Below, piece after piece: positions 26,871 through 41,680 of a stretch of 64,000 bases of DNA. Every line of letters begins with the position of its first letter. Position 1 is the stretch's first letter. The notes below the pieces were generated by a model. It was not told the origin of the DNA and did no database searches. It worked only from the letters and a program-made list of their open reading frames with translations. Source of the DNA: Eledone cirrhosa (Eukaryota); the NCBI GenBank assembly GCA_964016885.1, contig OZ024759.1:35526001-35590000 (forward strand). The letters run 5' to 3'. The position numbers and the translations under genes were made by a program.

Positions 26871-28677
26871 GTTCGCTGTGGTTTGCCTTTGAATTTTTTT
26901 GACTTTCAATATATATATATATATATGTTATTGTATTTCTTAGCTTGGTAGAATATTGTAAAGTCTAGCTTCCTTAGGCTGTCACAATATGTGCTAGAAC
27001 CTTTGTGCCAGAATCTCTGCCAGAATCACAGTGACAGAATCTCTGCCAGAATCTCTACTAGAATCACAGTGACAGAATCTGTGTGCCAGAATCTCTGCTA
27101 GATTTTCTGCCAGAATCTACAGTTTACAATTGGTAGTGTGATATCTTCTGTTTTTGGAGCTCTTTAGTCTCATTTCTCAAGCCCCCCCCGCTGCCTTTAT
27201 TATTTTGTCTCCCCCTCACTTCCCTCTCACCTCCCCATCTCTACCTAATGCCTGTCCTCCATGCTTCTCAGTTCAAGGAGTGACATCACCTTTTTTTACT
27301 ATCAAATATTTATGTCGAGTTTGATAATGAAATTTGATTCTGGTTGTAAAGGATTTTATATGCTGACCCCACCCACCACATTCTATAAGCTGACCCCACC
27401 CACCACATTCTATATACTGTCTCCCTCCTACTCGATTATATAGTTTCTCCCACCAGATTATATACAATGTCTCCCACCAGTTTATATATGCTGACTCCCA
27501 CCAAATTATATATAGTCACTCACCCACAAGATTATATAAAATATCTCCCACCCACCAGTTTTTAGTACACAAATCAATTGCTTAGTTTGCCTAATGAACA
27601 ACACCAGCCATGTCTACATCCCATTCTTCCCAGCCTCCTCCTCCTGGGCCCTTAATATACCCTGATAGTTCATAAAACCTACCTCCATCACTGATCAACC
27701 ATCTTACCAGAATATTTACAAAATTCATCGATAAATAATCAGACCAAAGAATTACAGAAAAAAAATATATAAACTGAAAAAAAAAACTGAAAATAATACT
27801 GAAAACATTTTCAAACTAAAAAAAAAAATTATATATATATATATATACATGTAATAATAATAATAATAATAATTACAATAATAATAATAAGTTGTACGAC
27901 TAAATATTTACCCCCAGCAGACCTTAGAGGAACTAGCTAATAGAACATTACCAAATTGCCACAGTAAATTGGAACTATGTCTTATTTTCATTGCAAAGAC
28001 AATATTTATTTTATATTTTTTTAGAAATAAATCTCTGTGAATATTTTTTTTCAAAAATCAATATAATTTATGATTTATCATTAGAATAAATTTCTAATTT
28101 TTTTTTTATTTGTTTTACTATAAAATGAAAGCAAAACTCCAAAATTTATGAATACAAAAATGAACACAGACTAATATTTCAAATGGTATCAAAAAGGTGA
28201 TATTTTTAATATTTGTGCAATATATTTCACAGAGAGAAAAACTGAAAATCTTAAGAGATTTGAAAAGCAAATAAATTGAATGAAAATAATTTTGGTTAGA
28301 TGCAATATATAATAGATGAAACCAATTTACAAGTTGGCAGTTTAGACATGTTGGAACCTCAAATTATGTAGTCTTCTTGTATGGAAGTCATCGAAAATGG
28401 ATGACAATAAGAGATATGGAAATTTGATAGTTTGTTTCAATAAATTTATTCTGATTATGTAAAAGAAAAAAGCCAAAAAAATTATATGTATTTTTGATTT
28501 TGTAATATTGACTGCATTCTACTGGTTTGTTGATTGTGTTTTACTGATTTAAGAATAGACTTGTCTAACTCTTTTGGTACCAATACACTTGAGACCATCC
28601 CTCGTTCTATGGTTTAAAATGTCCCACTTCCTATATATTGACAGTCGATTGCTTGATATGTGACATATCTTTGTAAT

Positions 28678-29160
28678 GCATGGTATTGCTGGCCATAGGC
28701 AAGTCCCTAGCATGGTATTGCTGGGTGTAGGTAAGTCCCTAGCATGGTATTGCTGGGTGTAGGTAAGTCCCTAGCATGGTATTGCTGGCCATAGGCAAGT
28801 CCCTAGCATGGTATTGCTGGCCATAGGCAAGTCCCTAGCATGGTATTGCTGGGTGTAGGTACGTCCCTAGCATGGTATTTCTGGGTGTAGGTAAGTCCCT
28901 AGCATGGTATTGCTGGGTGTAGGTACGTCCCTAGCATGGTATTGCTGGGTGTAGGCAAGTCCCTAGCATGGTATTGCTGGGCATAGGTGAGTCTCTAGCA
29001 TGGTATTGCTGGGTGTAGGTACGTCCCTAGCATGGTATTGCTGGGTGTAGGTACGTCCCTAGCATGGTATTGCTGGGTGTAGGTACGTCCCTAGCATGGT
29101 ATTGCTGGGTGTAGGTACGTCCCTAGCATGGTATTGCTGGGCGTAGGTGAGTCTCTAGCC
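28678..29160. repeat. 32-bp minisatellite, ~15 copies
   Basis: agcatggtattgctgggtgtaggtaagtccct. Confidence 0.95.
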
Positions 29161-29199
29161 AGACTAAAATGCCTTGTCTATGATGTTCACACTTAAGTA

Positions 29200-29375
29200 T
29201 CAAGTGATGACATTAACTCAGTCCCTATCATCTCATTTCTACAGCTGAGTAAACTGGAGCAATGTGAAATAAAGTGTCTTGCTCAAGGAAACAACACATC
29301 ACCCGGTCTGAGAATTGAACTCACAACCTTTCGATTGCAAGGCCAATGCTCTAACCACTAAGCCATGAGCCTCCA
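29200..29375 (-). mobile_element. tRNA-head SINE family 2; further copies ~39470-39630 and ~63000-63242
   Basis: Minus strand reads tggcttagtggttagag (A box) ... gagttcaattc (B box) ... tccttgagcaagacac core. Confidence 0.8.
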
Positions 29376-29439
29376 TATATATATCATCATCATCATCATC
29401 ATTTTACATCTGCTTTTCCCTAAATATATTCATACATAA

Positions 29440-29499
<60 letters not shown>

Positions 29500-29545
29500 A
29501 TAAATATATACTTACATAAATATATATATATATCTATCTATCTTT

Positions 29546-29790
29546 CTAGGGCGGGTAAAATTCCCGAGATCCATGGACGAGTTCTCTCCAGCAGTCTCTG
29601 TTCCTCATTATCGCTGCCATGTCCTGCGCCCCCAAGAGACCAGTGTCTGTCCTTAGGGCATCAACATATGTCAACCTCGGTCTTCCTCTTCTAGTGTGTC
29701 CATGTAGGGGCTCCCACAGGAGCACTGAGTGCTGTGTCAACTCTGGATGTCGGTGAGCATGTCCAGCTAACCTGTCTCTTCTGTGCATGT
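29546..29790 (-). mobile_element. RTE-like LINE 3' fragment
   Basis: RLAGH..RH...LLWEP..G...RGRPRLTYVD...W motif ending at a microsatellite. Confidence 0.75.
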
Positions 29791-29979
29791 ATGTGTTTGT
29801 CCCTTTTTTTTGCATTTAACAGCCAGTAATATTTGGTACTGAAGCTGGGGAGAAACCTTCCACTAATTTCCTATTTCTAATTAAACATTTAAGTTGTTTA
29901 TAACCTATTTTACCATGTTCTATTTTAAAATTTAATGTAAAATTTCCCAATATTTAATTTTTCCTTATAATTCAACATT

Positions 29980-30190
29980 TTGCACGAGTGGCCAGCGAGA
30001 CCTCAGGCATACTTGGACCCCATACTGCTGAACTCAGCTCCTCCGCAAAATCGAAATGTCGGCAGCCCCGTCTGAAGAAAGAGCCCTGTGAGGTGAGGTC
30101 GCTGTTGCAGAGGGTGTGTCTGGTCATTGTCCGCGGGAATTCTTTTGTGGTCTTGTCTGCAGAACACAGCCCCAACAACCCTGCGCCCTA
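29980..30190 (+). mobile_element. CRE-like RLE retrotransposon 3' fragment; related fragment ~60085-60305
   Basis: A.ETSGILGP...EP.E.RSLLQRVCLVIVRGN and FAVIPLAVGTSGVLGP...EPR motifs. Confidence 0.65.
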
Positions 30191-31196
30191 GGCCCATAGC
30201 CCAATTACCCTCCCCTTCCCCCATTCTTCCGTGACACTAGAGCCCTCGCCTTTCTCTTCCTTTTCCGTTTTTTTTATATATATTTTCTTATTTTACATTC
30301 CATTCAACATGGAAAATTAATTTAATTATTAATTTTTTTTTTTTTACCAAATTTAAGTCATTTAAAGTTGATTAGAATTGTTTAGAAAGAACAGAAATGT
30401 TTGATTTCAAATGGATTAAATTTCTGATTGCACAAGAAAACTACATAAGTGTGGTTTGGAATACAAATACCTTTTGATGACAATCAATGGTAATTCACTT
30501 CCTGCAAATGATGGCTTATTCTGTGGAGAACTCACTTTGAAATGAAGCCCAATCAGATAGCTTGTATATGTCATCTGATCAAACCAGCCAATCGTATTGC
30601 GGAAGGTTCATCATTTAACAGAGAGGTATCTTCCTCTTCACCCAAATAGCGGTCAATATAATACTTACCAAAGTTAAGAAAAAAATCCTTAAAAATAAAA
30701 AAAAATAATTGAATATAATTTATTGGTGTTTTTTTTGTGTGTATTGTATCTTTGTTTCTAGGGTTTTGGAGGAAGTTCTACAGGCGTTTTATTTTAAAGG
30801 GTTGGTGGAATTGAGTAAGGGGTTAGGTCTTGAAATAATGCAGCTGGGGAGGGGGCAGGTTTAGCAAGGGTGTATTAACATTAAAGGAGTTTTTAGAAAC
30901 TAATCTACTTTAAAAAGCTGTTGGGTTGTATGTAACATTACAAAATATATGAAGGGGGTGCTATCTCTTGGAAGTTTGGCTTCAATGTTAAGAATATATT
31001 TAGAAGAATATCTTGGAACCAAATTGAAAGTTAAATATAATTCTTATTCAGTATTTTAGTCTGTATTTATGGAATATCAGACATAAAAATGTCTTTTGGT
31101 CTCAGTAAAGATAGAACTAGTTATCACCTAACATCCTAGATATCTTGAGAGATTTATAGAAAATTATCACTACCTTACCAGAATTGTGTATGTATG

Positions 31197-31295
<99 letters not shown>

Positions 31296-31312
31296 GTATA
31301 TATATATAAATG

Positions 31313-31387
31313 ATAATAATAACATTAATAAAGATGCTGATGTTACGATTTATGTAACATCAGCATCTTTATTAATGTTATTATTAT
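31313..31387. repeat. Short perfect hairpin (~34-bp arms)
   Basis: ataataataacattaataaagatgctgatgttac / gtaacatcagcatctttattaatgttattattat. Confidence 0.9.
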
Positions 31388-31477
31388 ACTGAATCTCCAC
31401 CGTAACTACAAACTACGAATGTTGAGAGCTTTCACCTGCTTGCTCCTGTTTTTACCAAAACAATCTCTTCGGAAGGA

Positions 31478-31561
<84 letters not shown>

Positions 31562-31667
31562 TTAATGCAAGTATGACGTCACGAAAGAATTATGAAAAAC
31601 ATTTTGTTATTATTTTTATATGTGAAGAAACCTAAGATAATATACTTATATTTAATTTATATTATAA

Positions 31668-31728
<61 letters not shown>

Positions 31729-33091
31729 TAATTAGAGGAATGATACTTAAATTAAATCTCTATAAGGGTACGTAGTTTGTTTAATTAAAGAATCTAATTA
31801 AATTAACTGGTCTTATTGAAATATTCCTAATATATTTTATTTACATCTGGGTTCATTATTCATTTCATTTACGGAGAAAAGATAACTTCCTCTCTTTCTA
31901 ATTATCTATTTTCTTTATGAAATTTGAAACTTAAACAAATAATAACTTGGTTAATCTATTATGTATTTATTCAGTATTTTAATATCCAAATTACATTTAC
32001 GTTTCAATTTTTAAGATTTCATCAGTATAGTTTAAAATTTGTTCAGATTAATTCATGCCAAGATACTTCTTATGATAATATCATTTTCTATCATTGATTT
32101 AATATTTATATGGTAAGTTTGTGGCTTATAGTTATGGCCCTTTATGTTCTGAGTTCAAATCCCTCCGAGGTTAGCTTTAATAAAGTACCAGTAATGCACT
32201 GGGGTTGATTTAATCGCCATTTACGGTCTGAGTTTAAATCCTGCAGAGATTAGCTTTACCTTTCATCCTTATGGGATCTATAAAATGAAGTACCAGTAAT
32301 GTATAAAATAAAGTACCAGTAATGTACTGGGGTTGATTTAATCGATTTTTTCCTCCATCAAATTTGTTGTCCTTGTGCCTAAATCAGAAACCATTATTTA
32401 TATGGCATGGAAAAGGTCATGTTTCTGTTAGGGAGGGGAATTAGGGTTGTTAACCAAAGTTCAAGCCATTTATTCCCCCCATTCCTCCCTGTTACAAACA
32501 CAACTAGATCAGGCTGATATTCCAATTTGAGTTCTTCTTTAACTCCAGAGAAGAGTTCTTTGATTCCAGAGAATAAACCATAAAGTGGTGAAAGTAATAG
32601 ACTTAATTATACAGAATTCTAAAGCAGAAAAAAAGTTGAAAATTTTGACAAAACAATAAACCCTGCAGAAGTTGAAACAATGAAATCAACCTGCTTCTGA
32701 TAACGGAAGAGAACTGATGTTATATGGATGGATGAGTGAGATGGATGAGAGAATAGATGGCAGACTGTATAGAGATGAGGGATTAGTGGTTATTAAGAAA
32801 TATCATTAAGACAATGAAGATAGATAATAATGGTAGCAGAGGACATGACAATGACGGTAATAATGGGGATGAGGAGGAGGAGGAGAAAGAGGAGAAGAAG
32901 AAGAAGAAGAAGAAATATAGAGGGGAAAAGGAGTGAACAAAGTACTCCAGTGATACTTAAAACTTTCCATAATAATTTTATGTAAGAACCTTTGTTAAGT
33001 TGTGTCCCAAACAGTAGTTTAATAAAGATGAAGTTATATTAGTAAATCTCTCCAAATTCTTGATTATTTTCAAAATTAATTAAAAATCATA

Positions 33092-33692
33092 AACAATGTC
33101 TTTCATTAGAAATATGGTAATGAAAGGGTTAATGACATAGACAGTGTCTTTCATTAGAAATATGGTAATGAAAGGGTTAATGACATAGACAGTGTCTTTC
33201 ATTAGAAATATGGTAATGAAAGGGTTAATGACATAGACAGTGTCTTTCATTAGAAATATGGTAATGAAAGGGTTAATGACATAGACAGTGTCTTTCATTA
33301 GAAATATGGTAATGAAAGGGTTAATGACATAGACAGTGTCTTTCATTAGAAATATGGTAATGAAAGGGTTAATGACATAGACAGTGTCTTTCATTAGAAA
33401 TATGGTAATGAAAGGGTTAATGACATAGACAGTGTCTTTCATTAGAAATATGGTAATGAAAGGGTTAATGACATAGGCGGTGTCTTTCATTAAAAATATG
33501 GTAATGAAAGGGTTAATGACATAGACAGTGTCTTTCATTAGAAATATGGTAATGAAAGGGTTAATGACATAGACAGTGTCTTTCATTAGAAATATGGTAA
33601 TGAAAGGGTTAATGACATAGACAGTGTCTTTCATTAGAAATATGGCAATGAAAGGGTTAAAGACATAGACTGTGTCTTTCATTAGAAATATG
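33092..33692. repeat. Same 48-bp minisatellite, ~12 copies
   Basis: Unit identical to 9533-10635. Confidence 0.97.
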
Positions 33693-36532
33693 GATAGATA
33701 GATAAATAAGTAGGTAGATAGAGATAGATAGACAGGCAGATAGATAGAAAGATAGATAAATTGAAAGATAGATAGATAGGCAGAAAGATAAATTGATAGA
33801 GAAAGAGATAGATAGACAGATCGATAGATATGTGTGTATACAGATTGTAGATCAATGGATAATGATGATAAATATTGGTGAAATAAATATTGCTAAAGAT
33901 AAATCAACGCTTTGATTGGCAAGAAGTTTAGAAAATTGGTGAGAAAAACAGAAAGAAGAGAGAGGGCAGCAAGCCAGGAAAAGTGATACAAAACTTGGAA
34001 GATAAAATAGAAAACAAACAACAAAAACAAAGAAAGATTTACTTTACATACTGCGATAAAGCAAGTATATAAAGTAAATAAATAGATAAATAGATAATAA
34101 TAATAATAATAATAAAAATAATAATAAAAATAAAAATAATAATGATAATAGTAATAGTAGTAATAGTAGTAGTAATAAGATGCACTGCATAAAGTGATTA
34201 GCAAAAAGGTGTAGTAGAAAAAATATGCATTGCAGCATTGTAGCAGGTTCAAGAGAGAATATAATATAGAGTCAGTTTCCATTCAGAATATTGAGGCAAG
34301 ACAAAAGTTTGTGATCAATGAATGTATGAATGTGCATGAGAAAAATAAAAATTTTGATATATTTATATATAGTTATGTATATATATATATACATTTGTAA
34401 TATATGCCTCAACTTCTTCGGTCGCTGTCCTCATGAAGCAAAATTTGTTCTAAAAAAATGGTCTAGACTGGGTTAATTGAATTTATTTTCTTCGACTTTC
34501 AACTTAACCCCTGGGTTCCTTGTTGTTGTTTTATTGATAGTTACCCTCCTTTTCACTTACATTATTTAAAGTATTTGTTTATTTATAGCTATATATATAA
34601 TGACAGTATTTGTGGCAGTATGTTGTAGTACAATGGTGTTATCAGTCCAGATTATCATCATCATCATCATCATTTTACATCTGCTTTTCCCTGCTTGCAA
34701 AGGTGGGACTAGTTCTCGGCTTATCACTAAGGTGAAAGGTCACAATTAAAACATCAGCAGTGTAATTAGATCTCTTCAGTGTGTGTGTGTGTGAAGAATG
34801 AAATGGTAAGACTATGTTTATATATAGGAACTCCACTTGGGAGTTAATTTAGCTTAGCCAACACTTGCTTTGCAGAAACATCGTGACTATGTTGTAAAAA
34901 ACATGAATCAACGAACCTTTAAAATTTTTCAATTATAACTATTGAAATTGTCTTCCTATGGATGAACTATCCATATTTTTAAAGACAGGACATGTTCCTG
35001 CCTCATGTTCACTCGATTTAAGGGGTCCATCTTGTCCTTATATTATCTAAGGGTTCATCCTGTACTTACGTTATTTAAGGGTCCCACCCTGTAGTTATAT
35101 TAAGGGCCATCCTGTATTTATATTATTTAAATTTATGGTAAATAAAACAAAAGCTTAATTAAGGGTTTCTTTGATTAAAATACAGAAAACTTTGGATGTT
35201 TTGTCTTCTCTAACTAACACACATCTATGTTTATATCATACTAAGTATAAAATGTAGTGAATTTTACCTCCAGTGGTGTACCTCTAGTATTGTACCTCCA
35301 GTATTGTCCCTCTAGTATTGTACCTCCAGTATTGTACCTCCAGTATTGTACCTCCAGTACTGTACTCCTAGTTTTGTACCTCTTGTATTGCACCTCTATT
35401 AGTGTACCTCCAGTATTGTACTCCTAGTTTTGTACCTCTAGTATTGTACCCCTAGTTTTGTACCTCTTGTATTGTACCCCTAGTATTTATCCAGATTGAA
35501 GGATCCAATGATATGGAATTTATTCTAAGATAATTATTCTCATATGAATAAAATTCTTATTTCATTAACCAATATTTAATCATCAAATTTCTATATTTAA
35601 CTGTTCAAACACTTTAAACTGATATATTTTTAACAGTTCCAACTGATATATTTATCAGTTTAACTGGTATATCTAAACAGTTTCAACCGATATATTTAAA
35701 TAGTTTAAATTAATGTGTTTAAACAGTTTAAACTGATGTGTTTAAAACAGTTTAAACTGGTATATCTAATCAGTTTAAACTGGTATATCTAATCAGTTTA
35801 AACTGGTATATCTAAACAGTTTAAACCGGTATATCTAAACAGTTTAAACTGACATTAAATGGTTCAATTTGATGATTTACAGTTCAAATAGTTTTTCACA
35901 GTATTTATTTCAAATTATTTTAAAGTGATTTGGGAGAAACAGAAAAAGTCCTGTTTTTTCTGGGGGTGGGGGTATGGGGGAGGGCCCAGTATTATCTGAC
36001 ACTGGAGTAGATATTGGGTGTAAGGACAGAGGTGGTGGGAGAGATGTGGTGATGGTTGTTGTTAGAAGGCACAATGTGAGAGAGAGAGAGAGGGTGGTGG
36101 AAGTGGCGCATGTAGTGGTGAAAGAGAGAAAGGGGAGGGGGAGAGAGAAAGAGAGAAAGGAGGTGAGGAAAAAAGGTGAGGAAGAAGAAAACATGCTGGA
36201 AGCATTTGTGTGAATGGGTGAGAAATTGGAAAGCAAAACTTGAGGACAAGCAAAGCCAAAATTTTGTAAAAAAATCAGTCAAACAAATATACTGGCAACA
36301 ATACATACTGATACCTACACACACACTCACTCATACACACACTCATACACACATATAGACACACACTCATATACACTCATAGATGCACACATAAATATAT
36401 ATATATATATATATAACGAAGGAGTTGTGGTAAGGAACCAGATGGACCATAACGCACCAGAGTACTCAATACTTAGTCTAGAAATAGCCGTTGAAATGGC
36501 TTGAGCTCTGCCGTCAGGGTCATACATTTTCC

Positions 36533-36654
<122 letters not shown>

Positions 36655-36659
36655 ATGTC

Positions 36660-37109
36660 ACTGGACCGAGACCTTTGGCGGTACTCAGTAACAGAGAAGA
36701 CCCGCCTTACCTAAATATATAGTAAAACCTACTCCAGCCAGTAGGCATCTCTAACAAAATACACCCCGTCCCACCACCACCACCCCCACCCGATCCACAC
36801 CACCCCGTTCTATGTAAAGTTATGTTGGTGCCGCGCCATCGAGGCCGAAACAAATGAGATCGTGTAGGTGTCACGACAAAAAAACACACAGTCCACGCTG
36901 TAATGTGGCCGTGTAGGCAACACGGTAAAAACCTCCCAGACCCACACTGTAAATGTGGTTGGTGTTAGGAAGGGCATCCAACTGTAGAAAACCTGCCAGA
37001 CAGTCCTATGCGAGCAAGACAATCACTCTTGCCTCAAGTGGGACTACCCCCGTCCAAACCCATGCAAGCGTGGAACACGGACGTTAAACGTTGATGATGA
37101 TGATGATGA

Positions 37110-37112
<3 letters not shown>
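36660..37112 (+). mobile_element. Non-autonomous element with LINE-like (ATG)n tail; relatives ~12240-12462, 52990-53205, 55168-55266, 57283-57590, 58580-58800
   Basis: Shared ggtgttaggaagggcatcc and ccgtccaaacccatgctagcgtggaa..ggacgttaaa blocks. Confidence 0.8.
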
Positions 37113-37188
<76 letters not shown>

Positions 37189-38080
37189 GGCTTATGTATT
37201 CATTTTTGTTACAACATAGCTACAATGTTTCAGCAAAGCGAGCATTTGCTAAACTTCATTGAGGATTACTTGCTCTGCTGAAACATCATGGCTATGTTGT
37301 AAGAAAACAAATGAATCATCCTACACAATTACTCTATTATAACTATTGAGTTCTTTCTCTTTTAGTGGGTTACTAGGATCAACCATTGTGCCTGTGTTTA
37401 TGGCCAATAATGTAGCCATGATAAAAATAGATTGATAAAATACAGTACCAGTAATGCACTGGGGTTGATTCAATCAACTTTCCCCTACACCATTGATTGA
37501 ACCAGGAAGCAATTTCAGGTGATTTTGATATGAAAACAGTTAAACCAGTAAGGTCCAATTTGAAGTAAATTTTGGCTGTTATTTCATGAGCGCAAGCAGC
37601 CATAAGGAGGTTAATGAGGTGACTTGACTCATTATCTCAGTATTGTAGCTGAAGGTGTCATATTCAGTATCTTGAAACTAAATGAAGCTATTACGTACTA
37701 ACGAACGGGATTTTTAATCAATAATGCCTAAATTATGGACTCCCATTGGTCAAACTGAACAAGATATCTGCCTGAACTAATTACTTTAATTAGAGTAATT
37801 AGTATGACAAATAATAACACATCAGCCATTAGCAGCAAGTCAAGCTGTAGGTTTGTTTTGGGGACTAATTTAAACTTAGAAACAACAACAACAATGATAA
37901 CAATGACATCACCAATCATAATAATTGTTTCTGCATTTGGCACAAGGCCAGCAATTACCCAGTGTATTACTGGTACTTTATTTTATCGACCCCGTAAGGA
38001 TGAAAGGCAAAGTTAACCTCGGTGGGATTTTAACTCAGACCATAGAGGGACGTAACTATGCTGGAAATAATAATAATAAT

Positions 38081-38379
38081 AGGGAGAAAATTAACCGATA
38101 CCAGGACTTAAAATGGGTATTAAAAAGGATTTGGAACTGCCACGAGATCAAGGTCCTCCCGATTGTCATAGGTGCAGCACTAGGTACTATCTTAAGGAGT
38201 TTCCAGGGATGGTTAAAGAAGATTAGTCCAGCCCCGTTTTTTGGAACACTTCAAAAGGCATGCTTGCTGGGAACAGCAAGAACCCTCCGATACGTCCTGA
38301 ATATCTGAGGCTGCAGGTAGCGACTTGATATTCATTTCAACAAACTTTCCAGTGAAATAACATCAATGACTGACACTCC

Positions 38380-38419
<40 letters not shown>

Positions 38420-38420
38420 T
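38081..38420 (+). mobile_element. R4/Dong-like RLE retrotransposon 3' end in (TAA)n; second copy ~44808-45085
   Basis: EKINRYQDLK...IW..IKVLPIVIGA.LGT...LQKACLLGTARTLRYVL*; (AAT)n on both sides. Confidence 0.85.
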
Positions 38421-38697
38421 CTTTATTGGCTATTAAGGCCAAACACAAAGGACCGTAGGGTTTCACATAAAAAGCCACTGTCCCTAGTCTTTTGTATTAA
38501 CCTTTGTGTTTCAGTCCAAGGGGTTAATAAAGAATTATTATTATTAGGGCAGTCGATTGGCCGTAATCGATAGACCGTCAGACACCATGCTTCGTGGCAT
38601 AGAGTTACGGCCCTTTACGTTCTGAGTTCGAATCCTACTGAGGTCAGCTTTGCCTGTCATCCTTAAGGGGTCGATAAAATAAAGTACCAGTCACGCA

Positions 38698-39402
38698 GTG
38701 TGTGTGTGACAGCTCACACCTATGTGTGTGTGTGTGTGACAGTTCACACCTATGTGTGTGTGTGTGTGACAGTTCACACCTATGTGTGTGTGTGTGTGTG
38801 TGTGACAGTTCACACCTATGTGTGTGTGTGTGTGACAGCTCACACCTATGTGTGTGTGTGTGTGTGACAGCTCACACCTATGTGTGTGTGTGTGTGTGAC
38901 AGCTCACACCTATGTGTGTGTGTGTGTGTGACAGCTCACACCTATGTATGTGTGTGTGTGACAGCTCACACCTATGTGTGTGTGTGTGTGTGACAGCTCA
39001 CACCTATGTGTGTGTGTGTGTGTGTGACAGCTCACACCTATGTGTGTGTGTGTGTGTGTTACAGCTCACACCTATGTGTGTGTGTGTGTGTGACAGCTCA
39101 CACCTATGTATGTGTGTGTGTGTGACAGCTCACACCTATGTATGCGTGTGTGTGTGTGACAGCTCACACCTATGTGTGTGTGTGTGTGACAGCTCACACC
39201 TATGTATGTGTGTGTGTGTGTGACAGCTCACACCTATGTATGTGTGTGTGTGTGACAGCTCACACCTATGTGTGCGTGTGTGTGTGTGACAGCTCACACC
39301 TATGTGTGTGTGTTTGTGTGACAGCTCACACCTATGTATGTGTGTGTGTGTGTGACAGCTCACACCTATGTGTGTGTGTGTGTGTGACAGCTCACACCTA
39401 TG
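38698..39402. repeat. Compound minisatellite GACAGCTCACACCTAT(GT)n
   Basis: Fixed 16-mer plus variable GT tract, starting at a truncated SINE. Confidence 0.95.
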
Positions 39403-40145
39403 CAGGTTTAGCTGGCCTCCTCCAAGGTATATCTCGTTGGAGGTGTCTTGGGTGATTTAATGATAGGGACCCCAGTCCCTATCATCTCATTTCTACAGCT
39501 GAGTAAACTGGAGCAACGTGGAATAGAGTGTCTTGCTGAAGGAAACAACACATGACCCAGTCCGAGAATTGAACTCACAACCTTTCGATTGCAAGCCCAC
39601 TGCCCTAACCACTAAGCCATGCGCCTTCACTGGGAACACTAAATTCATAATTTTAAACCCCACTAATATGAATTTTTTTCAAAAGATAAATACATTAAAA
39701 TTTTCCAGCTGGAGACCTCTGCTCTAGTCAACTCAGATTTTACCCACAATTCAAAGGACCAGCCTTATTTAGGTCTTCATTATCCAATCTGTTCTTCCTT
39801 ATCCAAAATGATAGAGTGTGATTTTGAGGAGATCTGGCTGCTATTTTTAACAGGTCAAGCAACCACATAGAAATAGAACTCAAGTTCAGTTGAGTCTATA
39901 GATCCTCACAGCTATATAGACATACATACATACACACATATACACATATATATAGACACATTCACATATATACACATACATATATACATACAGATACATA
40001 CACACATATATACATACATACATACAAACAAATACACACATATATACACACACACACATATACATACATACATACAAACAAATACACACATATATACACA
40101 CACACACATATACATACATACATACAAACAAATACACACATATAT

Positions 40146-40196
<51 letters not shown>

Positions 40197-40317
40197 TATA
40201 AATACATTATACATATGTAAATATATATATGTAGTATATGCATATATGTATAAATTTATGTACACATGTGTGTGTGTGTATATATAACTCACACACACAC
40301 AGACACACCAACACACA

Positions 40318-40362
<45 letters not shown>

Positions 40363-40670
40363 ATGCATACAAACACACATGCCTACATATGTATATATAA
40401 ATTATATATACAGTTGCATATCAATATACATACATAAATTACATATGCATGTATGCACATACATACGGATTTTGATACATAACTGTATATTCAACACACA
40501 CATATAAATATACACATACATATATACATAGATACGTACATATGTATGTATATATATATACTTTGTGTGCATGCATGTGCATAAATATACACATATTATC
40601 TATAAATTATATATATGTGTGTAATATATATATATATATATGTGTGTGTGGTGTATATATATATATGTGG

Positions 40671-40722
<52 letters not shown>

Positions 40723-40853
40723 TATGTATATATGTATATATATGTATATATGTATATATGTATATATATGTATATATGTATATATATGTATATATGTATA
40801 TATTTATATATACACACATGTATATATATATTATATAATATATACATATTATT

Positions 40854-40889
<36 letters not shown>

Positions 40890-40892
<3 letters not shown>

Positions 40893-41112
40893 TCATCATC
40901 ATCACCACCACCATTTTATGTCCATTCTTCCACGCTAGCATGGGTTAGGGGGGTTGTCCTGTTGTGGTAATGCCAGGTCAGGTGACCTTGTCTTGCTCAT
41001 ACGGGAACTGACAAGGTCACCCGACCTGACACTGCCCACAACAGGACAACCCGTCTAACCCATGCTAGCGTGGAAGAATGGACATAAAATGGTGGTGATG
41101 ATGATGATGATA
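40890..41112. repeat. Inverted pair of LINE-type 3' ends with (CAT)n/(ATG)n tails
   Basis: ccattttatgtccattcttccacgctagcatgggttag ... ctaacccatgctagcgtggaagaatggacataaaatgg; single copy at ~7250-7348. Confidence 0.9.
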
Positions 41113-41128
41113 TATATGTAATAATATG

Positions 41129-41206
<78 letters not shown>

Positions 41207-41527
41207 ATATATATATATATGTATATATATATGTATATATGTATATGCATATAAATATATATATATGTCTATATATATGTATATGCATATACATATATAT
41301 ATATGTATATATATATGTGTATATGCATATAAATATATATATATGTATATATATATGTGTATATGCATATAAATATATATATATGTATATGTATATGTAT
41401 ATATACATATATACACACTACATTTACATATTTATATAATATACACACATAAAATTATATGTATATATATACATGTAGGCATGTATGCATGTATAATAGA
41501 TAAATAGATAAATAGATAAATAGATAA

Positions 41528-41586
<59 letters not shown>

Positions 41587-41680
41587 TGTGGTGTTGAAAA
41601 AATAGAGAGAAAATAGGAAAAAGAAAATACGAAAAAAAGAACCGTTTGCAGACCGCTAAAGGGTAAAGGGAGATACGTAC

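Noticed and set aside
28678-29160. Repeated AGGTAAGT donor consensus in the 32-bp satellite
   Set aside because: On the plus strand, antisense to syt1, with no plus-strand gene evident
30669-30688. Possible 20-nt microexon (aag|GATTTTTTTTCTTAACTTTG|gtaagt) in coding intron 1
   Set aside because: U-rich and frameshifting; more likely chance. The ATACTTACC on plus is not followed by U1 snRNA sequence
31574-31581. Perfect CRE palindrome TGACGTCA (another near 63155)
   Set aside because: About one 8-mer is expected by chance in 64 kb; one lies between (TA)n tracts and the other inside a SINE
34420-34475. CTCATGAAGC...TGGTC as another hammerhead
   Set aside because: Too degenerate, with no GAAA core or clear stems
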